From: an uncultured cyanobacterium | GTDB taxonomy: Bacteria; Cyanobacteriota; Cyanobacteriia; Cyanobacteriales; Microcystaceae | Reading direction: 5' to 3' | DNA length: 64,000 nt | NCBI GenBank assembly: GCA_963807635.1 | Contig: CAWEDJ010000071.1 | Span: forward strand, 1 to 64,000 | Part shown: positions 10,967 to 22,523 of the stretch, one piece after another | How positions within the stretch are numbered: the first letter of the stretch is position 1 | How the letters are laid out: the number at the start of each line of letters is the position of its first letter | The notes under the pieces: model-generated | What the model was told of the DNA's origin: nothing | What the model saw: only the letters and a program-made list of their open reading frames with translations | Database searches by the model: none | Made by a program: the position numbers and the translations under genes

Positions 10967-11015
10967 ATCCCCCTATATTTCAGCATCCCTCTTATCAAAG
11001 GGAGTTGGGGGGATC
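10967..11015. repeat. Short dispersed palindromic repeat of the cyanobacterial CCCCCTT..AAGGGGGG..GGGGGATC type (degenerate)
   Basis: ATCCCCC...CCCTCTTATCAAAGGGAGTTGGGGGGATC nested hairpin between argG and hslO; single copy in the window. Confidence 0.4.
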
Positions 11016-11070
11016 AAAACATTAAGGTTTAGCCAGAGAAACAAACTGATCACGATCGCAGAAAAAAGGA

Positions 11071-12270
11071 TTAACCGCGTGTTTTTTGGGCCAAACTCTG
11101 GTGGGCAGTCCCCAGATATAGATAAATCCTTCGGCGGCTTTATGGTCAAAGCGATCGTCTGCACCGTAGGTTGCGAGATCGGGATCATAAATCGCATAAT
11201 CTGATTTACGACCTACGACGCGGGCATTACCTTTGAGGAATTTGACACGGACTAGCCCTGTGACTCGTTCCTGGGTTTTAAGAATAAACGCATCCAAAGC
11301 TTCTTTGAGAGGACTGTACCATAGGCCCTGATAAATGATGTGGCTGTAGGTTTCTTCAACCGATCGTTTGTAATGGGAAACGTCTTTGGTCAGGGTTAGA
11401 CTTTCGAGATCGCGATGGGCATCAATGAGGACGAGCAGGGCGGGAGCTTCATAGATTTCCCGTGATTTAATGCCAACAACCCGATTTTCGATCATATCCA
11501 GACGACCGACACCGTGATTTCCTGCAATTTCATTTAAACGGCTGATTAGGGCAACAGGGCCGAGAGTGACACCATTGAGACTGACGGGAATCCCCTTTTC
11601 AAAGAAAATATCTACATATTCAGCCTCATCGGGCGTATCCGCGATCGCCTTGGTCATGAGATAAACTTCTTCGGAAGCTTCCGTCATGGGATCTTCAGGG
11701 GCCTGCTTCAATACTGCGACCTAATAAGTTGCGATCGATACTGTAGGGGGACGATTTTTTCACAGGAGATTCAATGCCGAATTTTTCTCCGTAGGCGATC
11801 GTTTCTTCGCGACTCATGTTCCATTCCCTTGCAGGAGCCAAAACTTTAAGATTAGGATTGAGGGCCAAAATTCCTAAATCAAAACGGACTTGATCATTGC
11901 CCTTGGCGGTACAACCATGCGCTACAGCATCAGCCCCATATTTTTCAGCCGCTTCCACCAGCATTTTGGCAATCAGAGGACGGGCCAAGGCGGTAGAGAG
12001 AGGATAACGATTTTCATAGAGAGCATTGGCTTGAATCGAGCGAAAGGCATAATCCCTCGCAAATTCCTCTTGCCCATCAATCACCAAGGATTCTACGGCT
12101 CCACAACGGAGGGCTTTTTCTTGAATGGGGCCTAGTTCATCCCCCTGACCCAAATCTGCGGCTAGGGTGATAATTTCTTTGACCCCCCATTCTTCACGGA
12201 GGTAGGGGATACAAACGGAGGTATCAACCCCACCCGAATAAGCTAAGACAACTTTATTGGCGCGACCCAT
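11071..12270 (-). CDS. argG: Argininosuccinate synthase (frameshifts near 11700 and 11089, probable errors)
   Basis: [39 protein letters not shown]; corrected C-terminus LPTRVWAQKTRG then stop at 11071. Confidence 0.95.
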
Positions 12271-12390
12271 AAATAATTTAACCCTAGAATTATGACTAAC
12301 GGGCTATTGTATCAGGTATTTCTAGAATCAACTGTGAATTATGGACAGGAAACCTTGACCTTTCCACAATTTTGATCCAGCTCCCATCCC

Positions 12391-12427
12391 AAAAAAAAAA
12401 GGAAAACCTAAAATCTTCCTCTTTTCT
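12391..12427 (-). terminator. Possible intrinsic terminator after the peroxiredoxin gene
   Basis: AAAAAAGGAA...TTCCTCTTTT imperfect inverted repeat with a T-tract on the minus strand, about 20 bp past the stop. Confidence 0.35.
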
Positions 12428-12447
12428 CAAATTAGTTAATTTTTGCC

Positions 12448-13083
12448 CTATTTGTTGGGCTGGGGAGTCATACGGAGATAGGGTTTGATTTCCTTAACTC
12501 CTTTGGGGAATTTAACCCGCGCTTCTTCGGTAGGAATAGAAGGAACGACTACACAATCTTCTCCATCTTTCCAGTTGGCTGGGGTTGCAACTTGGTGATA
12601 ATCGGTGAGTTGTAGAGAATCAATGACCCGTAGGATTTCATCGAAATTCCGTCCTGTGCTGGCGGGATAGGTGAAGGTCAACCGCAATTTTTTATTGGGG
12701 TCAATGATAAAAACAGAACGAACAGTCAGATTGTTGAGGGAACTGGGGTGAATCATTCCATACAAGTCTGCAACTTTGCGATCGCCGTCTGCAAGAATCG
12801 GATAATTAACCGTTGTATTTTGGGTTTCGTTGATATCACCAATCCAACCCTTATGGGATTCCACATCATCCACACTCAGAGCGATTACTTTGACATTGCG
12901 CTTATCAAATTCTGGCTTGAGACTAGCAACCGTTCCCAATTCCGTCGTACAAACGGGTGTAAAGTCAGCAGGATGGGAAAAGAGGACAGCCCAACTGTCT
13001 CCGATCCACTCATGAAAAGAAATTGTTCCTTGACTAGATTCCTGGGTAAAGTCTGGAACCACGTCTCCTAATTGAAGAGCCAC
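12448..13083 (-). CDS. 1-Cys peroxiredoxin (Prx6 family)
   Basis: FSHPADFTPVCTTELG, TGRNFDEILRV, VATPANW; GTG start with AGGAGG Shine-Dalgarno. Confidence 0.95.
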   Translation of the reverse strand: MALQLGDVVPDFTQESSQGTISFHEWIGDSWAVLFSHPADFTPVCTTELGTVASLKPEFDKRNVKVIALSVDDVESHKGWIGDINETQNTTVNYPILADGDRKVADLYGMIHPSSLNNLTVRSVFIIDPNKKLRLTFTYPASTGRNFDEILRVIDSLQLTDYHQVATPANWKDGEDCVVVPSIPTEEARVKFPKGVKEIKPYLRMTPQPNK

Positions 13084-14071
13084 AATCGCTACCTCCTAAA
13101 AAAGTGCCTATCTATTTTAACGTGCCATGAAAACACCCCTCTCTACATCAAATTTATCAAATCTTTATGAAAGATAAGGGGGAGTAAGCCTGATTCAGTC
13201 ACCAAACAAGTATTTGATAGAGCTGAGCATTGAAAATCATCCTCGATTATTCTTTAAAAACCCCAGATTTTGAACGGGAGCTTTTTGGTTTTTACCAAAT
13301 AATTTTGGTAAACTTTACTATAAGTCAATAGTTTCCAAGTCAAATATCAATAAAAAATTCTAGCCTCAAAATAAAAAGTGAATTAATAAATCATCTTTTG
13401 TGAATTTTTATCTTAAATGAAGGGTTAAAAATATTTTTTATGACTTAACTCATTTTAATTTGACCTTACTAATTTAGTTTTAAATAATAAACTCTCAAAA
13501 TTCTAGACTCCAGTCTTCGGAGTATTGATGGAAATTTTTGTTAAATTCGTGATTTTCCCCATTTATCACTTAAGTATTTACGATAAGAACAAATGTACTA
13601 GTCTTCTTTGTGCGGAGCATTTAGTTCTTGTTAAAAATCGCTCAAATGATCTTTGAGAAAGGATTGCAATGACGTATAACATTATGAAAATTAAGTGTCG
13701 CTGAAGACGACGAGGATAGATGAAATGAGTGCTAATTTCTCCTTTAAAACTCATATAAATGAAACTAATAAGGTTTAAATAGTTTTAGTTGCTTAGTTGT
13801 AATAAATCGTTTAATTCCTTATTTAAAAGACTTTTTAGTATTTATTAAATAAATTTTATTGCCATTAATTCAGAATCTTTAACAGTTAATTCTCATACGG
13901 ATTACACATATTCAGTGAATATACTTAAATTTTTAAAAAAGATTTTTTATCCCTAAGTAATTAAACGGGAGCCAAAGCCGCGATCGTTTTCCAAAATGAA
14001 TTCACGCACACAAAGTTTCAGGAATTTTTATTTCTTGAAAAGTGCTTTTTATGAATCATTGGAAAATACTA

Positions 14072-17000
14072 ATGACTACTCAAATCGATCCTTTGACTGG
14101 TTCTAGTCTGTTTAAATCAATTGTTGCGCCATTAAATAGTAATGATTTATTGGATGCAATTCTTTACCGCTCAAACTCAATTGCTGATACTTCTATTGAG
14201 TCAATAACATCTGGTAAGAAACCAACAAATTCTAATAAATCTGTTGCATTAAAGAGTACAGATACTCAATCTCAAACCAATACTCAGTCTGTTTTATTGA
14301 GTAATGCCAATAATCTTTCGGTTAGTTCTCTTCAATCTGCGTCTTTAAATCCATCTCAAATAACGACTGCCAGTACGAAAAATCTTGCAACTATTACCAC
14401 CGCGAGTGCGGCTAGTCCTGCTTCCGCCGATGTTAGTAAAGTCCGTATAGAAGCAGAGACTATTACCAATCGTTCTGTTTACCGAGTAGAAAATATCAGT
14501 GCCGCTTCGGGGGCGAAAGCTCTGAGTTTAGACGATGGAGCGGGTAATGAAGTCGGTAAAGTCAGCTTTACGTTCACGGGGGTAGATGGTCTTTACGATG
14601 TGGTGATTGGCACTTTCGATGAAAATGATGGTCAAGCGAGTTTTAGTGTGACTAAAAATGGGAGTGCGATCGGTGCAATCACTCTAAATCAGAACTTGGG
14701 GAGTGATTCGCCTAATGCTCAAACGGCGGTGGCTCGAAAAGTTACCACTGTGCAAATTAAAAATGGAGATACCTTTGTTGTTAATGGTTTTGAGAATGCT
14801 AGTGAATTTGCACGCCTTGATTATATTGACTTCATCCCAGCCACAACGACTATTAATACTCCACCTGTTGCCAATAATGACTCAGCAACAACCAATCAGA
14901 ATCAAGTGGTTACTTTATTAGCCAGTAATTTATTAGCGAACGATACGGATGCCGATCAAGATATCCTAACCCTATCGTCAGTTAAAAATGCTGTTAATGG
15001 AAGCGTTGCTCTTAATGCGAGTGGAAATCCCGTCTTTACCCCGACGAATAATTTTAGTGGGAATGCCAGTTTTGATTATGTTGTGAGTGATGGGAAAGGG
15101 GGAACGGCTGTCGCAAAAGTCAATGTACTTGTCAATGCAATCACTCCCAGTAAGCTTCGTGTGGAAGCAGAGTCTATTAGCAATCTTTCTGTTTTTCGTC
15201 TGGAATCTGTTGCGGCAGCATCGGGGGGAACAGTCTTAAGCTTCAAAGGCGGGGTTTCTACCAGTGAAGTAGGAACAGCTACTTTTCAATTTACAGGCGT
15301 AGATGGTTACTACGATGTGGTTCTGGGTGCTTTTGATGAAAATGATGGTCAAGCTCGTTTTGAAATGACCAAAAATGGTTCTGCGATCGGGGCTGTCACC
15401 CTAAATCAACAATTGGGAAGTATGGATGCGATCGCCTCAACCTCTGTTGCCCGAAACATTAGTACCAAATTGCAAATTAAGAATGGAGATACTTTCAGCA
15501 TTAAAGGCTTTGAAAGTGCAGGGGAAAAAGCTCGTTTTGACTATATTGAGTTTATTCCAGCCACAACGACTGTCAATACTGCACCTGTTGCCAATGGGGA
15601 TTCGGCTACAACCAAACAAAATCAAGCGGTTACCCTACTTGCGACTAATCTTTTAGCCAATGATACCGATCCCGATGGAGATAAACTTACGTTATCATCG
15701 GTGAAAAGTGCTGTTAACGGGAGTGTAGTTCTTAATGCGAGTGGGAATGCTGTCTTTACGCCGATTGCTAATTTTAGTGGTAATAGCAGTTTTGACTATG
15801 TTATTAGCGATGGGAAAGGAGGCACTGCAACTGCAACTGTCAAAGTTCTGGTTACCAACTCAGCGATCGCCTTACCCAATTTAGTCACTAAGTTTGCTCC
15901 CAAAAGTAATCCTGCTTTATCAACAGGATCAGATATTTTTGCTCCGTCTTTTGTGGTTAATGATGCAGGGAATTCTTCTCGACCCGGATCGCAGAATGGA
16001 CAAGAACGGGAAAAGCTGGAGACACTATTGTCTTAACAGGCTGGCAACTGGATGCCACTACAAAATTCTTTGTCTATGGTCAAACCAATGGAAAAAATGG
16101 AGCGTTACTCGAAGCCAAAATTCAAAAACTAGATATTAAGAGTCAAGTAGCGGGCATAACTCTACCAACAGGCTTACCCCAAGGTTCAAGTTATTTAGTC
16201 TGGGCGCAAAATAGTTCGGGCTACAGTCAGCCAGTCATGATTAATCAAACAGAAGCTTGGTGGGTCAAAGAAACTTCCAGTCGAGGTCAAATTGCTTCTG
16301 TCTTTGGGCGTAATTTATCTCAAGATGGCGGTACTCAAAGCTCGCAAATTTATCTAGAGGATAGTACTGGAAAAGGATACTGGGCGCAAGTGGTTGGAGT
16401 TAATCCCTACAAGGTTGACTTTAAAGTTCCTGATGCCTTAGCTAACGGTGATTATCAGGTCTTTGTTCACAATGGCGATGGAGGGCAATACGGCTGGTCA
16501 AAACCATTAAGCATGACCATTAATAACGGCTTGAATTATACAGGTGCGGTCTTTAACGTTAAAAATTATGGTGCGAAAGGAGATGGTATCACCAACGATA
16601 CGGCCGCAATCAATGCCGCACGAGCTGCCGCCGATAAAACGCCTTGGTCAACCGTTTATTTACCGACTGGAAACTATGTGGTTAATCAAGCCTTGGATCC
16701 AGGTCGTGACCAAGTTCGCTGGTTAGGGGATGGTAAAGATTTGACCAACATTAAGGTTGCTAACGGATCTAGTCAGAAATATTTGTTCCTCAATGAAAGT
16801 ATTGCCGCCAAACAAATTACATTTCAAGATCTCACCTTAAATGCCAATGCCGCCAATGCGACCAGTATGCTCACAACGACTTACCTCAGAAATACTTCTG
16901 AACTTCAATATCTGAATGTCAAAATTAATGGAGAAAAAACATCCCCCGTTGATTGGAACGGAAGTTATTCTATCTCCATGAAAAATTCGGAAATCACTGG

Positions 17001-18063
17001 GCAGCAAAATCGTTTGGGAACATCTCAACAAGTATTTATTGATGGTACCAAGTTTTTTGGAACTGGCTATACCAATATGATATTGAAAGGTAATGGAACT
17101 CAAATGCTTGCTATTACCAATTCAATCGCTCAAAACTTAGATACTTCAGATCCCAATAATGGTAAATGGGTTAACGGACGTTTCTTTGTTGATCAGGCTT
17201 CTTCAGGCATTGCCCATAACCAGTATTTTGGTAATAATGAAACGATTGACCTAGCAGTTCCTAATGCATCTGGAGTTAATCAAAACGCTGGCGAACAAAT
17301 CTTATTTGAATCAGGACAAGGACTATCTACTTCTTTAGGAAGTGTAATTTCTTCAACCAGCAATACTGTTAGTGTGAATACTGTTTCTAGTAGTGTTAAT
17401 GATACTTACTATCTCTCTATCGTTGCTGGTAAAGGAATTGGTCAAAGTCGTCAAGTTCAATCTTTGAATCAATCTACTTACACAATTTATGATAGTTGGA
17501 ATGTACAACCTGATTCATCAAGCGTTATTGTAGCCAATAAAAATGTTAGTAATGCGGTTGTTTATGGCAATACCCTGGATGGTTTAAGCGATTATAATAC
17601 TCGCCGAACTGCTTCAGTTGGTGTAGAGACTTGGTTTGGAGCTACAGATTTAATTATTGATAACAATAAATTTAATCAACTAGGAGCAGGAGTCGTATTA
17701 ATGGCGGCAGGCTCATTAAGGACATTAACAGACAATAACCCTGTTAACTTTGCCCAAGTGAGTAATAATACGTTTACAAACACTGGGTCGGGAGTGAATT
17801 TAGCTACAGGGAATCAAGGGACTTCCATTTTAGGAAATTCTACCCATAATAATAATTTCAATAATGTTGGAACTGTTTTCACTATGTGGCGAGGGAATAA
17901 TGGGAGTGGCAATTTATTTCCAAGTGCAAATATGAATGTATTTGAAAACAATACATTGGGAAGCGGTGGAGTTTCTATCAATCAAGGAAATGGGAGTATT
18001 CAGAATACTATTTTCTTGAATAACACTTCTCTTGATGAGCCCCCTAGGCCCTGGTGTTGTTAG
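14072..18063 (+). CDS. Large extracellular-type protein (~1330 aa): Ser/Thr-rich N-terminus, 2x(CBM-like + cadherin-like Ig), Ig-like region, pectate-lyase-3/GH28-like beta-helix; frameshift near 15986
   Basis: RIEAE...LDYIDF jelly-roll units; NTPPVANND...LLANDTD...FDYVVSDGKGG cadherin-like units; FNVKNYGAKGDGITNDTAAINAA beta-helix start. An alternative frame from 15987 is open through to ORF 16237..18063. Start could be 14042, 14051 or 14072. Confidence 0.75.
14435..15855 (+). repeat. Intragenic tandem duplication, two ~714-bp units
   Basis: Units begin SKVRIEAE (14435) and SKLRVEAE (15149), with matching FDENDGQA, QIKNGDTF, ATTT and LNASGN segments. Confidence 0.85.
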
Positions 18064-18126
18064 CGGTAATTTCTCCTTTTAACCTGAGTTGAAAGACTCG
18101 AAAAAATAATCAATTTTCTTAAGAAG

Positions 18127-18158
18127 ACTACTCTGTCAAAAATAGCAGGGTAGTTTTT
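18127..18158. terminator. Hairpin terminator between convergent genes
   Basis: ACTACTCTG-N10-CAGGGTAGT followed by a T-run. Confidence 0.5.
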
Positions 18159-19213
18159 CATATTTTGTTAATGACTTGGCTTGATGGTTCCAGTATATCA
18201 ACAGATTTTATCTGAGAATTTCTCTCTAAAATATGTCGTTTTTTATGCCATTTCCAAGCATGACTAATCATCTCATGTAAAGAGGAATATTGAGGATTCC
18301 ACCCTAAAATTTGTCTTGCTTTTTCACTACCTCCTACTAATACGGCGGGATCTCCTGGACGGCGATCGCTGAGTTTGATCTGGATACTTTTACCAGTAAC
18401 TTCTTTGGCCGTCTCAATCACATCTTTGATGGAAAAACCTTGACCATTACCTAAATTAAAAACATTACTCTCATTTGCTGTGAGTAAATATTCTAACCCT
18501 AAAATATGAGCATCTGCCAAATCACTAACATGAATATAATCGCGAATACAGGTTCCGTCAGGTGTGGGATAATCAGTGCCAAAAATAGAAACCTCATCTC
18601 GTTGATCTAGAGCCGCCAGTAATACGAGGGGAATTAAATGAGTTTCGGGTTGGTGATCTTCACCTAATTGATTATTGGGATCAGCACCAGCCGCATTAAA
18701 ATAACGAAAAATTACAGATTTGAGTCCATAGGCTTGATCAAAATCTGTTAGGATCTTTTCGACCATTAATTTACTCATCCCATAGGGATTAATAGGAATT
18801 TGGGGATGAGATTCGGGAATGGGCAGTATTTTAGGAATGCCGTAGGTGGCGCAGGTAGAAGAAAACACAATTTTTGTGATTCCTGCTTTTAGCATTGTTT
18901 CTAAAAGCGTTAATGTCCCTACAACATTATTGCGGTAGTATTTATTAGGATTGGTTACGGATTCCCCAACATAGGCATAGGCAGCAAAGTGTATGACGGC
19001 TTCAATATTATGATTTTTAAAGACTTTTTCTAGGGTCGTCGCATCATTAATATCTCCAATGATTAACTTGACGTTAGGAATATCTTTGATAAGTTCTGGA
19101 TGCCCATAAACGAGATTATCCAAAACAATAACCTTATATCCTTTTTTTTGCAATGATAAAACTGTATGGGAGCCGATATAACCTGCACCACCAGTTACTA
19201 AAATAGTTGACAT
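18158..19213 (-). CDS. galE: UDP-glucose 4-epimerase
   Basis: GGAGYIGSH, HFAAYAYVGES, YGMSK, RYFNAAGAD, DGTCIRDYIHV. Confidence 0.93.
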   Translation of the reverse strand: MSTILVTGGAGYIGSHTVLSLQKKGYKVIVLDNLVYGHPELIKDIPNVKLIIGDINDATTLEKVFKNHNIEAVIHFAAYAYVGESVTNPNKYYRNNVVGTLTLLETMLKAGITKIVFSSTCATYGIPKILPIPESHPQIPINPYGMSKLMVEKILTDFDQAYGLKSVIFRYFNAAGADPNNQLGEDHQPETHLIPLVLLAALDQRDEVSIFGTDYPTPDGTCIRDYIHVSDLADAHILGLEYLLTANESNVFNLGNGQGFSIKDVIETAKEVTGKSIQIKLSDRRPGDPAVLVGGSEKARQILGWNPQYSSLHEMISHAWKWHKKRHILERNSQIKSVDILEPSSQVINKI

Positions 19214-19241
19214 AGAAATTAATATTTTTTATTTTAAGTTT

Positions 19242-20195
19242 TTATTTTAAGTACACTGATTTTGCCCAAGTCCACTCTTGAGTCAATCCATCTAACAAAG
19301 AAGTTTGTGGTTGATAATTAAGGATTTTCTGGGCTTTGGATATATCTGCTGCTGTGTGGCGTGCATCTCCCATTGATGCTTGAGTTTGCTTGACATAAAT
19401 ATCAGTCCCTACAATTTCTTCTATGGTACTAATAACCTTGGACAAGCTAACTCTACTACCACCGCCAATATTAAAAATTTTACCTACGGCATCAGGGACG
19501 TTGATAGCGGCTATATTAGCAGTAATTATGTCCTTGATAAACGTAAAGTCTCGCGTTTGTTGACCATCTCCATAGATAGTTATTGGTTGTGATTCAATGA
19601 TGCATTTAAAAAATTTATGAAACGCCATATCTGGACGTTGCCTAGGCCCATAAACGGTAAAGTAACGCAAAGCAACAAAAGGTACACCAAAATTTTTATA
19701 ATATAGACTACACAATCTTTCAGCCGCTAATTTTGTAATTCCGTAGGGAGAAATTGGCTGAGGAGAAATGCTCTCATTAGTTGGTAGTTGTTCAGCATCA
19801 CCGTAGATACTAGAGGTTGAAGCAAATACCAATCTTTTAATCTGCTTAGAATCTTTGATCGCTTCGAGTAAGATTTGAGTATTATTGATATTTTTTTCAA
19901 CATAAGTACAAAAATTTTTTCCCCAGCTTGCTCTTACCCCTGCCTGTGCAGCTTGATGATAAACAAATTCAACATCTTCTAGAAGTTTATGCCAGTCTAG
20001 TAGTTGAATATCTTCTTCAATTAATTGGAATTTAGGATAATTTTTGAGATGTGCAATGTTCTTATATTTTAACATAGGATCATAATAGTTATTGAATTCA
20101 TCAATGCCAATGACTTGATGTCCTTCTATTAGTAAAGCATCTACTAAATGAGACGCGATAAAACCAGCCGCTCCAGTAACGATAATCTTAGCCAT
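19242..20195 (-). CDS. NAD-dependent epimerase/dehydratase (UDP-glucuronate 4-epimerase-like)
   Basis: GAAGFIAS, AAQAGVR, YGITK, RYFTVYGPRQRPDMAF. Confidence 0.88.
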   Translation of the reverse strand: MAKIIVTGAAGFIASHLVDALLIEGHQVIGIDEFNNYYDPMLKYKNIAHLKNYPKFQLIEEDIQLLDWHKLLEDVEFVYHQAAQAGVRASWGKNFCTYVEKNINNTQILLEAIKDSKQIKRLVFASTSSIYGDAEQLPTNESISPQPISPYGITKLAAERLCSLYYKNFGVPFVALRYFTVYGPRQRPDMAFHKFFKCIIESQPITIYGDGQQTRDFTFIKDIITANIAAINVPDAVGKIFNIGGGSRVSLSKVISTIEEIVGTDIYVKQTQASMGDARHTAADISKAQKILNYQPQTSLLDGLTQEWTWAKSVYLK

Positions 20196-20320
20196 AAAAT
20201 TGATAGATTTAATAGATTTGTAAAAGATAAAGGGTTCAAAAAAGAAGTAAAATGTTCTATTTATTGGGACGAAACAATAGCTAGAGTTAGTTTTTTAAGT
20301 TTATTTAAACTTGATGTAAA

Positions 20321-21273
20321 TTATTGCATATCGATTTTTTTCAAGATTGCTTCAGCGATAAGCTCTTGTCCTATTTTATTTGGATGAATATGGTCGTAAT
20401 AAGGATTAATACCCTCTTTCATTGAGTGACGAAAATAAGGCTCCAGTGAGACAGGGGTAATACCTAAATTTTGACAAGTCTCATTAATAAGTTGGTTTCC
20501 TATTTTAGGATACCCAATTTCAATCTCTGATTTTTCATGATGTTGAAATACAAAAACATTCTTTGAGTGATTTTTGGCTAATTCAAGGAATTTACTCAAA
20601 TCATTGAGTCCTTTTTTTATTTCTTTTTCTTCTGGTAAAACTGCAAAAAATTGATTGGTGTCAGTCATAATTATGTGACTACTGATTTTAGAAAGATAAC
20701 GAGGTAAATATTTTTCTATTCCTTCAAAAAGAGCCAAAATTGGTTTTTGAGTCGGATGAGTATCTTTATTTAATGCTCCGAAAGTAGGATTGTCTGCATA
20801 ATCATGACTTGAAATCACTAGGACAACAATATCAGCATCAAAAAAACCATATTCTTGAGCATAAGCAAACCAATTGCCAGGCCCCCAACTACCAGCAGAA
20901 ATATTTCCAACAATTACATTTCTTCCTAAAATATTAGTAAGTTTATTCTTTAATATACTTGTTGCTAATTGCTCTTAATCTATTAGGTTTCCGCCATTTA
21001 CAACAGAGTCTCCAAAAACCATAATTCTTAACTCATTATCACTTTTCTTTTGAGAAAAAGGTTCTGATCGCATTCCATATTGATTCGTAATGAAGTGATT
21101 CCCAAACCTATATACATCCTGATTAGGCTTACACAAATACTCAATAGTTGGATGGATGATTGAAAGTGGCGGAGTACCTAGTCCAAGATAATATCGAGCA
21201 AAAATTTCTCCAAATGAGATTAAAAAAAAATCGTAAAAGTACCCCAAATTAAATATTTTGATAATAGTTGCAT
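20321..21273 (-). pseudogene. Membrane-anchored SGNH/GDSL esterase/acyltransferase-like gene, broken by a homopolymer frameshift (~21225) and an in-frame TAA (20975)
   Basis: FGDSVVNGG block I, NISAGSWGPGN, DHIHPN block V; the frame continues through the TAA into ORF 20321..20818. Confidence 0.7.
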
Positions 21274-21314
21274 AGTTTAATAGTACGTTATTTTTAAATA
21301 TTTATAGATCAAAT

Positions 21315-22508
21315 TTATTGCTTTTTTATCCCTTGAGCTTGATGTTTTTTAGTCAGTATATCTTTATAGGTTTCAATCATAATTTTACTGATGTTATCCC
21401 AAGTATAATTTTCAAAAATAAATTGACGGGCGCGATTGCCCATTTGTTTAGCTTCTTCTGAATTAGCTAAACACCAAAATAAAGCATCAGCAATTTGTGT
21501 TGCGTCAATATCAACAACTAAGGCGGCCTTCTCTATTCCTGCTTCAGGAAAATTACAACCTGTTGTAATAACGCAAGGTAAGCCTGATGCCATTCCTTCT
21601 AAAACAGACATACTAAAACCTTCTGAATAAGATGGAGCAACATAAAGATTTACGGCAGCTAGAGCGGCATACTTGAGAGTTCCTGTGAGCATTCCTGTAA
21701 AAGTGACGGCTTCTAAACAACTAACTTCAGCAAAATAATCTTTAACTATTGGGGAAAAATCGATATTATCTGGCCCCGCAAGAATAAGATGAGTGTTAGG
21801 AAATTCAGCGCGTATTTTTGAAAATGCGATCGCCAATAAGTCAAGTCCTTTTTTGGGATCAATGCGGCCTAGAAAAAGAATCAATGTTTTATCGCGAGTT
21901 TTAGGAAATTGTTGATAGAAAATTTCTGGATCGGGTAAAACGTTAAAATCTTTTTGAGAAACACCATTAGGAACAAGAGCAAGAGGAGAGTTTATACCGA
22001 TTTTCTGTATGCTATTAGCCTCTACTGAAGTTAAGACATGAATTGCGTTAGCACGCTGGAAAGCAGGTTTTTCAAAAAAATCAAAATAAGGTTTCTTTTT
22101 CCAAGATTTATAGGCTAACGCCCAAGGTTCTACCATTCCACGAGGAGTCATTATATAAGGAATTTGATGTAGTTGAGAAAGCCAATTTGCTAATAAAATG
22201 GAATAAGAAAAAATGGTATGGGTATGAACTAAATCATAATTAGAAATATTTTGAAATAACCATTGAGTTAAAGATCTACTAATTTTATAATCTAACAAAT
22301 TCCAATAAGAAAAATATTGAATACGGTAAAAACTTTTCTCAATCCAGGTTTCAACAGGAACATCTAAACGAGTAGAACCATTAGCCGTTGTTGAAATCAC
22401 ATCTAACTCTACTCCTTGTTGACCGAGAGCCTGAGCTAAGCTGACAACACTGTTAGAAGGGCCGCCATATACAGAACCAAGAAAGGGAATTACGAAAAGA
22501 ACTTTCAT
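21315..22508 (-). CDS. Glycosyltransferase family 4
   Basis: FLGRIDPKKG, PSYSEGFSMSVLEGMASG. Confidence 0.9.
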   Translation of the reverse strand: MKVLFVIPFLGSVYGGPSNSVVSLAQALGQQGVELDVISTTANGSTRLDVPVETWIEKSFYRIQYFSYWNLLDYKISRSLTQWLFQNISNYDLVHTHTIFSYSILLANWLSQLHQIPYIMTPRGMVEPWALAYKSWKKKPYFDFFEKPAFQRANAIHVLTSVEANSIQKIGINSPLALVPNGVSQKDFNVLPDPEIFYQQFPKTRDKTLILFLGRIDPKKGLDLLAIAFSKIRAEFPNTHLILAGPDNIDFSPIVKDYFAEVSCLEAVTFTGMLTGTLKYAALAAVNLYVAPSYSEGFSMSVLEGMASGLPCVITTGCNFPEAGIEKAALVVDIDATQIADALFWCLANSEEAKQMGNRARQFIFENYTWDNISKIMIETYKDILTKKHQAQGIKKQ

Positions 22509-22523
22509 GAATATTATAAAAAA

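Noticed and set aside
13586..13599. Cyanobacterial LexA box (AGTACATTTGTTCT on the minus strand)
   Set aside because: It matches the consensus, but about one chance hit is expected in a window this size and it lies ~500 bp from both flanking starts.
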